From: Vicinamibacteria bacterium
Lineage (GTDB): Bacteria; Acidobacteriota; Vicinamibacteria; Marinacidobacterales; Marinacidobacteraceae
Direction: 5' to 3'
Assembly (NCBI GenBank): GCA_963668695.2
Contig: CAXXLQ010000004.1
Coordinates: 1,120,001 to 1,184,000, forward strand
DNA length: 64,000 bases
The translations under genes and the position numbers were made by a program. The notes beneath the pieces were generated by a model that worked only from the letters and a program-made list of their open reading frames with translations, did not search any database and had not been told where the DNA came from. Positions 20,558-34,338 of the stretch are shown in pieces. Every line of letters begins with the position of its first letter. Position 1 is the first letter of the stretch.

Positions 20558-22261
20558 TTAGTCGCCGGCGCCGATCTGGGCGGCGTGCTCGGTGGCAGCC
20601 TCCACGGCGCTGGCGGCATCGGGGAAGAAGTAGATGCCTTCCTCCGGTTTGAAGTTGGTGGCGTGCATGACCTCGGCGACCTCCGGCTGGACACCCCAGA
20701 AATAGCAAGTCGTCCCGCTCCGGCCGAGGCTGCGGGCCAGGTCATGAAGCAGCAGGCAGGCGGTCGGGTCGATGAAGTACACGTTCCGCATGCCGAAGAC
20801 GCAGGCCGGACGCTCGTCGTCGGCCCGGGCGAGCAGGTCCGAAAGGCTGCTCACCGTGCCGTAGAAGAGCGCGCCCCGGAAGGTGATCATCTCTACGCCC
20901 GCCGGCATCTCGAAGGGGAGCGGCCTCGGTATCACCAACTCCTCCGAGTCGAAGAGCGCCGCGTCGCCGCGCCGCACCTCGAAGATCCCCGAGACGCGCT
21001 GGATGAAGATGACGGCAGCGAGCGCGAGGCCGACGGGCAGCACGTAGCGGAGATCCCAGAAGAGCGTGGTGCCCAGCGTGCCGACCAGGATGATCCGGTC
21101 CCCGATCGGAGCGCGCCAGATGGCCCGCATCCGATCCAGCTCGACCATCCGTCCGGCGACCACCAGCAGCACCGCGGCGAGCGAGGTCAGCGGGATGAAC
21201 TCGAGGGCCCAGGAGAAGAAGAGGATGAAGACCGCCACGAAAATGGCGTGAAACAGACCGGCCAGCGGGGACCGCGCCCCGGCGGCCAGGCAGGTCGCGG
21301 TGCGGGCCACGCAGCCGCCCACCGGGAAGCCTCCCCAGATCGCCGTCGCGATGTTCCCAAGGCCGAGGGCGGTGAACTCCTGGTTGGGGCGGCTGGGCAC
21401 GCCGCGGGAACGGCTCGCCATCGAGGCGGCGAGCAGGGATTCGGCGCTCGACAGGAAGGCGATGGCGACCGCATAGGGCAGCAGCGTCACCCAGATGTCC
21501 AGCGAGGGGATGACCGGCAAGGGCAGCCGGTTCGGCAGATCGCCGAACGTACTCCCGATGGTGGCCACCGGAAGCTTCAGGAGAAAGGTGGCGAGCGCGC
21601 CCACCATCAGGCCCATCACGTACGAAGGCAGCCTGGGCAGATACCGCTTCGTCAGGACCACCCCGAGGAGCGAGAGGCCGCCGATCGCGAATGTCGTGAG
21701 GTCGAAGGCGTCGAGCCGGCTCACGACGCCCTCGATGATGAACAGGAAGGAGTGGGAGTGTTCCCCACCGCCGTGTTCGTGGGCGTGTACGGTGCCCGCG
21801 AGCCCCAGGAAGGGCACGATCTGTCCGGTGAAAATGATCAGACCCATACCGGTGACGAAACCGGTGATGACCGCCTGCGGCATCGCCTCGATCAGGATGC
21901 CGACCCGGGTAATCGCCATCGCGAGCAGGAAAATTCCCGACAGCAGGGTGGCGGCGAGCAGGCCCTCGTAGCCGAACAATTCGATGACCACGACCGCGAT
22001 CAGAATGCAGGCCTCGGTCGGGCCGCCGATCTGGAAGCGGCTCGCGGTGAAGAGCGCGATGACCGCTCCGCCGATGATGATGCCCACCAGGCCCTTGTCC
22101 GGGCTCGCGCCGGCGGCGATTGCGACCACGAGGCCGAGAGGCAGCGCGACCACGGAAACCGTGAGGCCTGCCGACAGGTCGATGTACAGATCGGACCGCG
22201 AATACCCCACCGGCACCACCCTCCGGACCTGCGAGTGCAGCAATGCCACCAAGCGCGTCAT
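20558..22261 (-). CDS. SulP family anion transporter with STAS domain
   Basis: DLSAGLTVSVVALPL, QIGGPT, PNQEFTALGLGN, GALFYG. Confidence 0.9.
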   Translation of the reverse strand: MTRLVALLHSQVRRVVPVGYSRSDLYIDLSAGLTVSVVALPLGLVVAIAAGASPDKGLVGIIIGGAVIALFTASRFQIGGPTEACILIAVVVIELFGYEGLLAATLLSGIFLLAMAITRVGILIEAMPQAVITGFVTGMGLIIFTGQIVPFLGLAGTVHAHEHGGGEHSHSFLFIIEGVVSRLDAFDLTTFAIGGLSLLGVVLTKRYLPRLPSYVMGLMVGALATFLLKLPVATIGSTFGDLPNRLPLPVIPSLDIWVTLLPYAVAIAFLSSAESLLAASMASRSRGVPSRPNQEFTALGLGNIATAIWGGFPVGGCVARTATCLAAGARSPLAGLFHAIFVAVFILFFSWALEFIPLTSLAAVLLVVAGRMVELDRMRAIWRAPIGDRIILVGTLGTTLFWDLRYVLPVGLALAAVIFIQRVSGIFEVRRGDAALFDSEELVIPRPLPFEMPAGVEMITFRGALFYGTVSSLSDLLARADDERPACVFGMRNVYFIDPTACLLLHDLARSLGRSGTTCYFWGVQPEVAEVMHATNFKPEEGIYFFPDAASAVEAATEHAAQIGAGD

Positions 22262-22473
22262 GGGCTACCTCCCCGAGGGCGGAGATTATGCCTGCCGCTC
22301 TGGGCGGCGAAGTACCTGATGGGTCCCGGAGACAATCTCCGGGTCCGTGGCGCGGCGGAACGATTCCGACTCCGGTCCGTTCCGCATTGCGGCACCGGTA
22401 CCGTGTTCCCGCTTCCCGGCCGGACCGCCAATTGCCGTCCCCCGACTCCATCCTGACCACGAGGAAAACCACC

Positions 22474-25778
<3,305 letters not shown>

Positions 25779-26066
25779 GGAGGGGCGACACCGCGTACCG
25801 CCGATAGCGAAGAAGCGCGGGGACGGCTAGGAGCGCCTGTCTTCAAACCGGCATCGCGGCCGCAGGCCGCGAAACTCCCATCACTAACCGTGAAGAACCG
25901 CGCGGACCGCTTGAACCGCCCGACCTCTGGCCAGTTCTCCCGGGGGGGACCGGCACCGCGGCCGGCCGGGCCGCGGCCCGCGCTCTGCCGACCCTCCAGC
26001 CGCGAGCGAAACTGTCGCCGGCGCTGAACGCGTACCAGCGCTTGCCCCGCAAACCGGGAGGGAACC

Positions 26067-26783
26067 ATGGCGCGAACGAATGAACACGGACAGCCCATCG
26101 GGGAGCCTCTCCCCGCGGGGTGGATGCCACCGCCCGCGCCGTCAACCGTCACGCTCGAGGGAGCGTTCGTACGCGTTGAGCCGCTCGATCCGCCCGCACA
26201 TGCGGCCGATCTGTTCGAGGCCGGCCGGGTCGACACCACCGGCGCGAGCTGGACCTACTTACCGGACGGTCCGTTCGATAGCCTCGATTCCTTTGCGGCG
26301 TGGCTCTCGAAGAGCGCGTGGGGGCGTGATCAACTCGCCTTCGCGTTCGTCGACAAAGCGTCGGGCAGGGCCCTCGGATTCGGGTCGTACCTGCGTATTT
26401 ACCCGGCAGCGGGAAGCATCGAAATCGGCTACATCTGGCTCTCACCCCTCCTGCAACGCACGCCGATGTCAACCGAAGCGATGCACCTGCTGATGGCCAA
26501 CGCCTTCGAGTTCGGATACCGCCGCTACGAGTGGAAGTGCGACGCGTTGAATGCGCCTTCGCGACGGGCGGCGGAACGATTGGGCTTCACGTTCGAGGGG
26601 ATCTTCCGCCAAGCGATCCACTACAAGGGCCGCAACCGCGACACCGCGTGGTACTCGATAACCGATGACGAATGGCCCGCCATCCGGGAGGCGCAGCGGG
26701 CCTGGCTCCAGCCGGAGAACTTCGATACCAATGGCCGGCAGCGGCGCTCGCTGCGTGAGTTCCATCGTGGCAGCGCCTCCTGA
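26067..26783 (+). CDS. GNAT N-acetyltransferase (RimJ/RimL-like)
   Basis: GSIEIGYI, GYRRYEWKCDALNAPSRRAAERLGF, KGRNRDTAWYSI. Confidence 0.9.
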   Translation: MARTNEHGQPIGEPLPAGWMPPPAPSTVTLEGAFVRVEPLDPPAHAADLFEAGRVDTTGASWTYLPDGPFDSLDSFAAWLSKSAWGRDQLAFAFVDKASGRALGFGSYLRIYPAAGSIEIGYIWLSPLLQRTPMSTEAMHLLMANAFEFGYRRYEWKCDALNAPSRRAAERLGFTFEGIFRQAIHYKGRNRDTAWYSITDDEWPAIREAQRAWLQPENFDTNGRQRRSLREFHRGSAS

Positions 26784-26891
26784 TGATGCCTGCCTGCACC
26801 TGCTGCTGGAGGCAGGGCAGGCGCCGCTTCATATCGTCGCGGCAGACACTTCGATGACACGACAACCACGCATGAACAAGGACCCACATCA

Positions 26892-27248
26892 ATGACAGGT
26901 ATTGCACCTCCCAAGGAACAAATCACGTTCGAGGACCTGGTCAAGATCGATATTCGAGTGGGAACCATCCTGGAAGTGTCGGACATCGCGGAGTCGAAGA
27001 AGTTGGTCCGTCTGAAGGTCGATCTGGGTTTCGCGACCCGCACCGTTGTCGTCGGCATGAAACAGGAACGAGCAAACCCCAGGGAGGTCGAGGGCTCGCA
27101 GGCTCTCTTCGTCGTCAATCTGCCACCGCGGAAAATGGCCGGCGTTGTCTCGGAAGCGATGCTCTTCGACGTGGGTTATTCGGACAAGATCCTGCCGGCG
27201 CTGGCCATACCGGAACGCCGCGTCCCGAATGGGACGCGTGCCGGGTGA
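26892..27248 (+). CDS. tRNA-binding OB-fold protein (CsaA/Trbp111-like)
   Basis: KIDIRVGTI, VVNLPPRKMAGVVSE. Confidence 0.85.
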   Translation: MTGIAPPKEQITFEDLVKIDIRVGTILEVSDIAESKKLVRLKVDLGFATRTVVVGMKQERANPREVEGSQALFVVNLPPRKMAGVVSEAMLFDVGYSDKILPALAIPERRVPNGTRAG

Positions 27249-27317
27249 GAGCAGGCCCGGTAGAAATGCACTGGCCGGGGCGGCGGTAGCCCCCCGTACA
27301 CTCGCCGCTCCGACCCC

Positions 27318-28115
27318 ATGCCCAACCCTCACCCTCTGACCGGCCAGGCCGCCCTCGTCACCGGCGGCACCCGCGGGATCGGCCGCGCGGTCGCCGCCTC
27401 CCTCCTGGAAGCGGGAGCCCAGGTGGTGCTCACCGGCACCAGGCGCGAGGCGGCGGAAGAGGTCGCGGCGGCACTCAACCGCGGATCCTCCACTGGCGCT
27501 CACGCCCACGGCGCGGCCTGCGATGTCACCGACGACGCGAGCGTTGCCGATCTTGTCCACCTCGTCCGGGAACGCTGCGGCCGGCTGGACATCCTGGTGA
27601 ACAACGCCGGGGTGGGGATTTACCGCCCCACTCCGGAGCTCTCGCTGGACGACTTCCGGCAGGTCGTCGACACGAACCTGACGGGTGTCTTCCGGGTGAC
27701 GAAGGCTTGTTTGCCGCTTCTTTTGCAGGCGGGAGAGGCACCTCACAACGACCAGCCGTCCGGCGCCACCATCGTGAACATTGGAAGCCTGGCCGGCCGC
27801 CACCCGTTCAAGGGCGGCGTCGCCTACAACGCCTCCAAGTTCGGACTCGTCGGCCTCAGCGAGGCGATGATGCTCGACCTGCGGGGCGAGGGCATCCGGG
27901 TGGCCACGGTCATGCCCGGCAGCGTGGCGACCGAATTTGCCGGTCGGTCCCCCGACGACGGCGAGGAGTGGAAGCTGTCCCCCGAGGACGTCGCCGAGGC
28001 GGTGCTGGCAGTGGTCCTCCAGCGGAGCCAAGCGCTCGCGAGCCGCATCGAGCTGCGTCCGAGCCGACCTCCGGCGAAGCGTCCGCCAGACTGGCGTCTC
28101 CGGGCAAAGAGCTGA
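27318..28115 (+). CDS. Short-chain dehydrogenase/reductase
   Basis: TGGTRGIG, NNAG, YNASK. Confidence 0.9.
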   Translation: MPNPHPLTGQAALVTGGTRGIGRAVAASLLEAGAQVVLTGTRREAAEEVAAALNRGSSTGAHAHGAACDVTDDASVADLVHLVRERCGRLDILVNNAGVGIYRPTPELSLDDFRQVVDTNLTGVFRVTKACLPLLLQAGEAPHNDQPSGATIVNIGSLAGRHPFKGGVAYNASKFGLVGLSEAMMLDLRGEGIRVATVMPGSVATEFAGRSPDDGEEWKLSPEDVAEAVLAVVLQRSQALASRIELRPSRPPAKRPPDWRLRAKS

Positions 28116-28172
28116 AGCCCGGGAATCGCGCCCGCAGCCGGCTACGAAGCACCGGAGGTCAAGTGCAGGAAG

Positions 28173-29186
28173 TCAGCCGTTGCGGAAGATCGTGCTGTAG
28201 CCGTTGATGGCGGGGACGCCGCCCAGATGGGCGTAGAGGATCCTGGAGCCCGTTGGGAAGTAGCCCTTGTTCACGAGATCGATGAGCCCCTGCATGGATT
28301 TCCCCTCGTAGACGGGGTCGGTCATCATCCCTTCCAGCCGGGCGGTGAGCCGGATGGCGTCGTTCGTTTCGTCCGACGGCACTCCGTAGGCGGGGTAGGC
28401 ATAGTCCGCCATCAAGACGAGGTCGTCGTCGGTGATATCTCGTCCCAGCTCGACGAGTTCCGCTGTATTCCGGGCGATGTCCATGACCTGGGCGCGCGTC
28501 TGCGCGAAGGTGGCCGAGGCGTCAATGCCGAGGACGCGATCGGCGCGGCCGTCTTTCGCAAAGCCCACGAGCATCCCGGCGTGGGTGGAACCAGTGACGG
28601 TGCACACGACGACGTAGTCGAAGCGGAAGCCGAGTTCTGCCTCCTGCGCCCGCACCTCCTCGGCGAAACCGACGAAGCCGAGGCCGCCGTACTTGTGCAC
28701 CGACGCGCCGGCCGGGATGGGGTAGGGCTTTCCTCCCTTGGCCTTCACGTCCTCGATCGCGCGTTCCCAGCTTTCCCGGATGCCGATGTCGAAGCCCTGC
28801 TCCACAATCTCGATCTCCGCGCCCATCACCCGGCTCAGCAGGATGTTTCCGACGCGGTCATAGAGGACGTCGTGGTACGGCGCCCAGTATTCCTGGACCA
28901 GGCGGCACTTCATTCCGAGTTTGGCCGCGACTGCCGCGACCTGCCGGGTGTGGTTCGACTGGATGCCGCCGATGGTGACCAGCGTGTCGGCCCCGGCAGC
29001 GATGGCGTCGGGAACGATGTATTCGAGCTTCCGCAGCTTGTTGCCGCCGAAGGCGAGACCCGAATTGCAGTCCTCCCGCTTGGCGTAGATCTGGACCGCG
29101 CCGCCGAGATGCCCGGACAGGCGTTCCAGTCTTTCGATCGGCGTCGGACCGAAGGTCAGTGGGTATCGCTCGAATCGGTCTAACAC
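28173..29186 (-). CDS. acdS: 1-aminocyclopropane-1-carboxylate deaminase
   Basis: [29 protein letters not shown] and YAHLGG carry the ACC-deaminase-specific Glu and Leu. Confidence 0.93.
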   Translation of the reverse strand: MLDRFERYPLTFGPTPIERLERLSGHLGGAVQIYAKREDCNSGLAFGGNKLRKLEYIVPDAIAAGADTLVTIGGIQSNHTRQVAAVAAKLGMKCRLVQEYWAPYHDVLYDRVGNILLSRVMGAEIEIVEQGFDIGIRESWERAIEDVKAKGGKPYPIPAGASVHKYGGLGFVGFAEEVRAQEAELGFRFDYVVVCTVTGSTHAGMLVGFAKDGRADRVLGIDASATFAQTRAQVMDIARNTAELVELGRDITDDDLVLMADYAYPAYGVPSDETNDAIRLTARLEGMMTDPVYEGKSMQGLIDLVNKGYFPTGSRILYAHLGGVPAINGYSTIFRNG

Positions 29187-29257
29187 AGCGCCCCTCCTTT
29201 TTCGGCGCCAGCGAAGTCCTTGGCGCCTGCCGCAGCGCTAGCCTAATAGGACCAAGG

Positions 29258-29752
29258 ATGAAAGAAAGGCTAATGAGAAGCGAGCCCAATCTGGAATACA
29301 TGCGGCGGGCCATCGCGTTGTCCCTGCGGGCGATTCGAACGAACCGTGGATTGCCGTTCGGCGCCGTGATCGTCCGAGACGGCGAAGTCATCGCCGAGGC
29401 GCACAACACGGTGACCTCGGACAACGATCCCACCGCGCACGCCGAGATGAACGCGATCCGGGCAGCGTGCGCCAAGCTTAGGACGTTCCGGCTGGAGGGC
29501 TGCGAGATCTACGCCTCGGGCGAGCCCTGCCCGATGTGCCTGTCCGCGATCTACTGGGCGCGTCTCGACCGGATCTACTACGCCAACCGGCAGGGAGACG
29601 CCCACCGCATCGGCTTCAGCGACGAATCCTTCTATCGCGAGATCTCGCTGCCCAAGGACCAGCGGCGCATCCCGATGAGCCGCTTGCTTGGTGACGAGGC
29701 GGTTGCGGTGTTCCGGGAATGGGATCAGCGGGCGGACAAAGTGACCTACTGA
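29258..29752 (+). CDS. Nucleoside deaminase (guanine deaminase GuaD-like)
   Basis: PFGAVIV, DPTAHAE, EPCPMCLSAIYWA. Confidence 0.88.
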   Translation: MKERLMRSEPNLEYMRRAIALSLRAIRTNRGLPFGAVIVRDGEVIAEAHNTVTSDNDPTAHAEMNAIRAACAKLRTFRLEGCEIYASGEPCPMCLSAIYWARLDRIYYANRQGDAHRIGFSDESFYREISLPKDQRRIPMSRLLGDEAVAVFREWDQRADKVTY

Positions 29753-29786
29753 TCTTTCGCCGAAGCGCGTCCCAAGCGGAAGTTCG

Positions 29787-30776
29787 ATGAACGTTGTCAC
29801 GGGCGCGACGGGCTACATCGGGGGCGCATTGACGCGCGCGCTGGCCGATCGGGACGGCGAGGGCTCCGTCCGGGGGGTCTTCCACCAGAGGCGGGCTTTC
29901 TTCGAGAAACCCCGCATCGAATGGGTCGAGGGCGACGTCCTGGACCGGGATTCCCTGGTTGCCGCCTTCCGGGGCGCCGGCGTCGTGTTTCATCTGGCGT
30001 CGCTGGTTTCGATCGACCCCCGGATGGCGGATGCGGTCAGGGCCACGACCGTGGTCGGCACCCGAAATGTCGTCGAGGCCGCGCTCGAGTGCGGGGTACG
30101 GCGCCTGATCCACTTTTCTTCGATTCACGCCTACAACCAGTTGCCGCTCGATGAGGTTCTGGACGAGGCGCGTGATCGCGCCGGCGGCGCGCACCACACC
30201 GCCTACGACTGGGCGAAGACGTTCGCGGAGGAAGAAGTCCACGCCGGTATCAAACGGGGCCTGGACGCCGTGATCCTGAACCCGACGGGTGTCATCGGTC
30301 CATACGACGCCGAGCCCTCCTATCTGGGGCAGTTCTTCGTTGATATCTACCGGCGAAACCTCCCGATCCTGGTAACGGGCGGCTTCGACTGGGTGGACGT
30401 GCGGGATGTGGCCGAGGCCGCCCTGGTCGCGGAAACCCGGGGACGCCGCGGAGAGAACTACATCCTCTCGGGACGCTGGCATTCGACCGTGGAGCTGGCG
30501 CGGTTCGCCCAGGCAGTGACGGGTGTCCCCGCTCCCCGGTTCCTCTGCCCGATCGCTGTCGCGCGAATCTGGGCGCCGTTTCAGGTCGCCTGGGACCGCT
30601 TTCGGGGGCGCCGTCCGCAATACACGCGAGACGCGCTCACCATGCTGGACAGAAGTAACCGCCTGGTGTCGAGCGCCAAGGCTCGCGAAGAGCTCGGTTT
30701 TGACCCCAGACCGGTAGCGGATTCGGTGCGCGATGCGTATCGCTGGTTCGAGAAACACGGCAAGCTGGCCGGTTGA
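29787..30776 (+). CDS. NAD-dependent epimerase/dehydratase (3-beta-HSD/HpnA-like extended SDR)
   Basis: TGATGYIG, VFHLAS, YDWAK, WVDVRDVA. Confidence 0.85.
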   Translation: MNVVTGATGYIGGALTRALADRDGEGSVRGVFHQRRAFFEKPRIEWVEGDVLDRDSLVAAFRGAGVVFHLASLVSIDPRMADAVRATTVVGTRNVVEAALECGVRRLIHFSSIHAYNQLPLDEVLDEARDRAGGAHHTAYDWAKTFAEEEVHAGIKRGLDAVILNPTGVIGPYDAEPSYLGQFFVDIYRRNLPILVTGGFDWVDVRDVAEAALVAETRGRRGENYILSGRWHSTVELARFAQAVTGVPAPRFLCPIAVARIWAPFQVAWDRFRGRRPQYTRDALTMLDRSNRLVSSAKAREELGFDPRPVADSVRDAYRWFEKHGKLAG

Positions 30777-30777
30777 G

Positions 30778-31536
30778 ATGACGGAGCCCGAGTTCTACCG
30801 CCTCCTGGTCTGGGTCATGTTCGGCTCCGCCGTCGCGTCTTTCCTGTATCTGCTACGGAGGCCCGCTCCCTACGGGCGCCACTACAAAGGATCCGGCTGG
30901 GGACCAACGGTCTCCAGCAGGGCGGGATGGATCGCCATGGAATTGCCGGCGGTCTTCTTCTTCCTGTTTGTCTATGTCCAGGGGGACGCCGCGTGGAACC
31001 TCGTCCCGCTGGTGTTCCTGGCCATGTGGCAGACCCACTACCTGAACCGTACGCTCATCTATCCGTTCCGAATCCGCACCGAGCGGCGCATGCCACTATA
31101 TGTTGCAGGTTCGGGATTCTTCTTCAACGTGCTGAACGCTTATGTCAATGCCCGGTTCGTTTCGCACATCGGTCACTACGAGATTTCGGGGCTGACCGAT
31201 TTTCGTTTTCTAATTGGCATGGCGGTTTTTGTCGGTGGGATGTCTCTGAACATGCATGCCGACAATGTTCTGCTGGGCTTGAGGAAACGGGGCAGGACAG
31301 GGTATGTCGTTCCACAGGGCGGCGCCTACCGATACATCTCCTGCCCGAACTACCTCGGCGAGATCCTGGAATGGACCGGGTGGGCGGTGGCGACCTGGTC
31401 GCTCGGCGGGCTTGCCTTCTGCGTGTTCACGGCTGCGAACCTGATTCCCAGGGCACGCAGCAACCACCGCTGGTACCGGGAGCACTTCCCCGACTATCCG
31501 CCCACGCGCCGCGGCCTCATCCCCGGGGTGTTCTGA
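30778..31536 (+). CDS. 3-oxo-5-alpha-steroid 4-dehydrogenase (steroid 5-alpha-reductase family)
   Basis: APYGRH, WIAMELP, HYLNR, ISCPNYLGEILEWTG, NLIPRA..NHRWY. Confidence 0.9.
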   Translation: MTEPEFYRLLVWVMFGSAVASFLYLLRRPAPYGRHYKGSGWGPTVSSRAGWIAMELPAVFFFLFVYVQGDAAWNLVPLVFLAMWQTHYLNRTLIYPFRIRTERRMPLYVAGSGFFFNVLNAYVNARFVSHIGHYEISGLTDFRFLIGMAVFVGGMSLNMHADNVLLGLRKRGRTGYVVPQGGAYRYISCPNYLGEILEWTGWAVATWSLGGLAFCVFTAANLIPRARSNHRWYREHFPDYPPTRRGLIPGVF

Positions 31537-31824
31537 GCGGGGGAGGACCGCCGGTCTTCAGACCGGCATCACGGCGCGCAGGCCAGGGACCGCCGACCTC
31601 CGGTCGGTACCGCCCACCGCAGGCGGGCGGCAGGGAAGGAGCCCCGGTAGCCGACGTTGGCGATTGCGCAAGAAGACGATTGCTTCGCATGAATACAATC
31701 ACCCGATGGATAGAATCGTGGCATTCCTCGTGTTGCGAGACAGAAAACGTGGAGCGACGATTGACACGGACCCGATTCCGGGCTGGGGATTGAATCGTGC
31801 AGGTGGAGAGCGTGTGGGACGACA

Positions 31825-33114
31825 ATGTGTAATGCGAAGGACCAAAGAATTGCGGACAATCCGAGCGTTCAAAGAGTCGCGCAGCTAGTCCCTTTGGCAA
31901 GGCTCGCGCGGACACTGTCGGGCGTGGCGATTCGTTTGGGTCTTGGAGGAGACAGCGTGAAACGGATTCTTGAGAGTTCGACTTCGGCGCTAGAGCAGGT
32001 CGATCTTCTAGATTTGCCAGACCGGTTCAATTCTGAATTCGCGGAGGAGGGATGGATTGCAACGTCATCGCTGTCGGTGGATGTGATGCGGCAGGCATTG
32101 GCCTACAGGAAAGGCGGTCAGCCCGACCAAGCAGAGCAAACAATCTTTGAGTGGTTTTCTGAAGAGCGCATTAGGCTGTTTGCTATTCAGCGTAGCAAAT
32201 CCTTCAACAAGGCTCGAGGACGTGTAGATCAACTGGTTGAGGCATTGGCGCTGACGACGGAGCAACGCTACATAGCCGCCGTCCCATTGATTCTAATTTC
32301 CTGTGATGGGTTTGCATCCGATGTCCTCGGAACTAGTCCGTTCGAGAAGAATGCGGATCTGAGTGTTTTCGATTCTGTTGTGGGACATCCAACGTCCTTG
32401 CCGGCGCTCATAGGAAAACTCGCCAAGGGTGTCCGGAAATCGTCAGATCAGACGCTGGACGTGCCCTTGCGGCATGGCATTCTGCACGGCAGGTCATTGG
32501 GATATGCGAACAAGCGGGTCTGCTACAAAGCGTGGATGCTGATGATTGCGGTTGTTGACTGGGCCGTTGACAAACAAAGTGAAGATGATCGAAGGAAAGA
32601 GCACGAGGAAGATCACAACCTCAGCTGGCGAGACGTGGTTGGCCGCTTGCGGAAGAATGCGGCCGACAAAGAAGCGCTCGACGCGTTCGAGCCCGTGGAA
32701 TGGAGAGGTCCTTACGACACAACCACAAGACGGGATGAACCACCCTATGCATTTTGGGAGTTTCTTAGCGCTTGGAAGGAGAAGAAGTTTGGAACCATGG
32801 CCGGCCGTGCGGTAAACATGAGAGACGAATCGCACGCACGTCTAGCCGGCAGCATTCGCAGAGACGCAGAACTCGTGGAACTATCGGCCTTTGAGATCTT
32901 CTCTGTACAGCAGACGGGACTATGCCGGTTGGAGGCTGTGGTTTTCATGCGCGGTACGACTCTTGGGAGACGTGTTCAGGGCCGGTTCAAGGTCCTAGCC
33001 TTTCTGCTCAAGGCAGATGGGAATGTGGCGATGCCGACCGAAAACGGGACTTGGTATGTCCAGCAGAAGTGCATCTTCGACCTGATGCACCAGCGCACGA
33101 GTTCCGTGCAATAG
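31825..33114 (+). CDS. Hypothetical protein, lower GC, putative HEPN-like Rx4H motif
   Basis: 429-aa ORF with visibly AT-richer codons; PLRHGILHGR. Confidence 0.7.
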   Translation: MCNAKDQRIADNPSVQRVAQLVPLARLARTLSGVAIRLGLGGDSVKRILESSTSALEQVDLLDLPDRFNSEFAEEGWIATSSLSVDVMRQALAYRKGGQPDQAEQTIFEWFSEERIRLFAIQRSKSFNKARGRVDQLVEALALTTEQRYIAAVPLILISCDGFASDVLGTSPFEKNADLSVFDSVVGHPTSLPALIGKLAKGVRKSSDQTLDVPLRHGILHGRSLGYANKRVCYKAWMLMIAVVDWAVDKQSEDDRRKEHEEDHNLSWRDVVGRLRKNAADKEALDAFEPVEWRGPYDTTTRRDEPPYAFWEFLSAWKEKKFGTMAGRAVNMRDESHARLAGSIRRDAELVELSAFEIFSVQQTGLCRLEAVVFMRGTTLGRRVQGRFKVLAFLLKADGNVAMPTENGTWYVQQKCIFDLMHQRTSSVQ

Positions 33115-33119
33115 ACTCG

Positions 33120-34265
33120 TTATCGGTCGTTTCGTGGGAAACTGGTAGCAAACCCTGCTGGGAGCGCCACCTCCAGTATCTCCAGATCGTCCGATGGCTC
33201 GCGCATCGCAACCGCTAGGCGCGGGGGCAGCACGAACGCGTCCCCGGCCGTGAGCGCACGATCCGGATGCCCTTCGACGTCAAGCGTCATGGACCCGGCG
33301 CGTAGGAACCCGAACAGGATGTCCGTGTCGTGCCGGGTTGCCGGAACCTCGACTCCCGGGAGCCGCCGCGCCACCTGAACACCAGCGACTCCCTTGGTCG
33401 CGGCTCTGATCCCCGTCTCCCGCGCCTCGAACCCGGGGATCCGCCAGGGTTCCCAAGTCGCCTCGGACTCCCGGTGGAGGACGAACTTCGTTCCGTGGAA
33501 CTCTCGATCGGGACGGAAGTACGGGGTGGGCAGCTCCATCTCGTGGTCCACGCTGGTCAGGTGCTCGGCGGGAACGCCGATCTCGATCACTTCGACCCCT
33601 GCCGAGGCCTCGAGGACCCGGTGGCGGATTTCCGGGGGCTGGATCACGCAGTCCCCGGCACCGAGCACGAACGGCGGCCCCTGGTCTTCGTAAACGAGCC
33701 GCACCCAGCCGCGGTGGCAGAAGATGAGTTGGAACCCGACCGCGTGGTAGTGAACCATGTCGGCGACCGGCCCGGCTTCGGCGATGCGAATGTGCGAGGC
33801 GATGATGGCGCCTCCCAGACGATCGGGGAGCAGGTCGCGGTAGTGCATGCCGGCGCGGCCGATGACCCAGGAATCGCGCTCCACCAGTCGCCGGACGATG
33901 AATTCGTGCGAAGACTCGGGGATGACGAGCGGCGGGTTCGCGTCCTCGATGGCGACCCGGTGGCCGCCGGGGGTGGTGAGATCGGTCTCGCCGCTCGCGA
34001 ATTGGTGGGGATCGTCGGCGTAGAGCCGAAGCGACACGGGCGCTGAGTCCGCGCTCCGCTCCAGGAGGATCGCCGTTCCGTGTCCCGAAAGCGCCGCGAA
34101 GGCGGGGCCGTCAGCCGGCCAGATCCGGTCGAGCCGGAAGCCGAGCGCGTCGATGAAATAGCGCATGTCCCCGTCGAAGTCCGATGTGGGGACACGGATC
34201 TCGGCGCGGCGGATCAGGTCCGTCCGGATTTTGGGAGTGGTTGCGGGCGCCGCAGTGTCAGGCAT
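33120..34265 (-). CDS. Cupin domain protein with N-terminal VOC-like domain
   Basis: VHYHAVGFQLIF, GDCVIQPPEIRHRV; second cupin with RHDTDILF..GDAFVLPP. Confidence 0.8.
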   Translation of the reverse strand: MPDTAAPATTPKIRTDLIRRAEIRVPTSDFDGDMRYFIDALGFRLDRIWPADGPAFAALSGHGTAILLERSADSAPVSLRLYADDPHQFASGETDLTTPGGHRVAIEDANPPLVIPESSHEFIVRRLVERDSWVIGRAGMHYRDLLPDRLGGAIIASHIRIAEAGPVADMVHYHAVGFQLIFCHRGWVRLVYEDQGPPFVLGAGDCVIQPPEIRHRVLEASAGVEVIEIGVPAEHLTSVDHEMELPTPYFRPDREFHGTKFVLHRESEATWEPWRIPGFEARETGIRAATKGVAGVQVARRLPGVEVPATRHDTDILFGFLRAGSMTLDVEGHPDRALTAGDAFVLPPRLAVAMREPSDDLEILEVALPAGFATSFPRNDR

Positions 34266-34338
34266 CTCGGGTTCGGCAGAGGCTATCGCGATGCGAGGCT
34301 GCGGTAGCTTTCCCGGCCCACCGAACGGAGAGAAGCTC

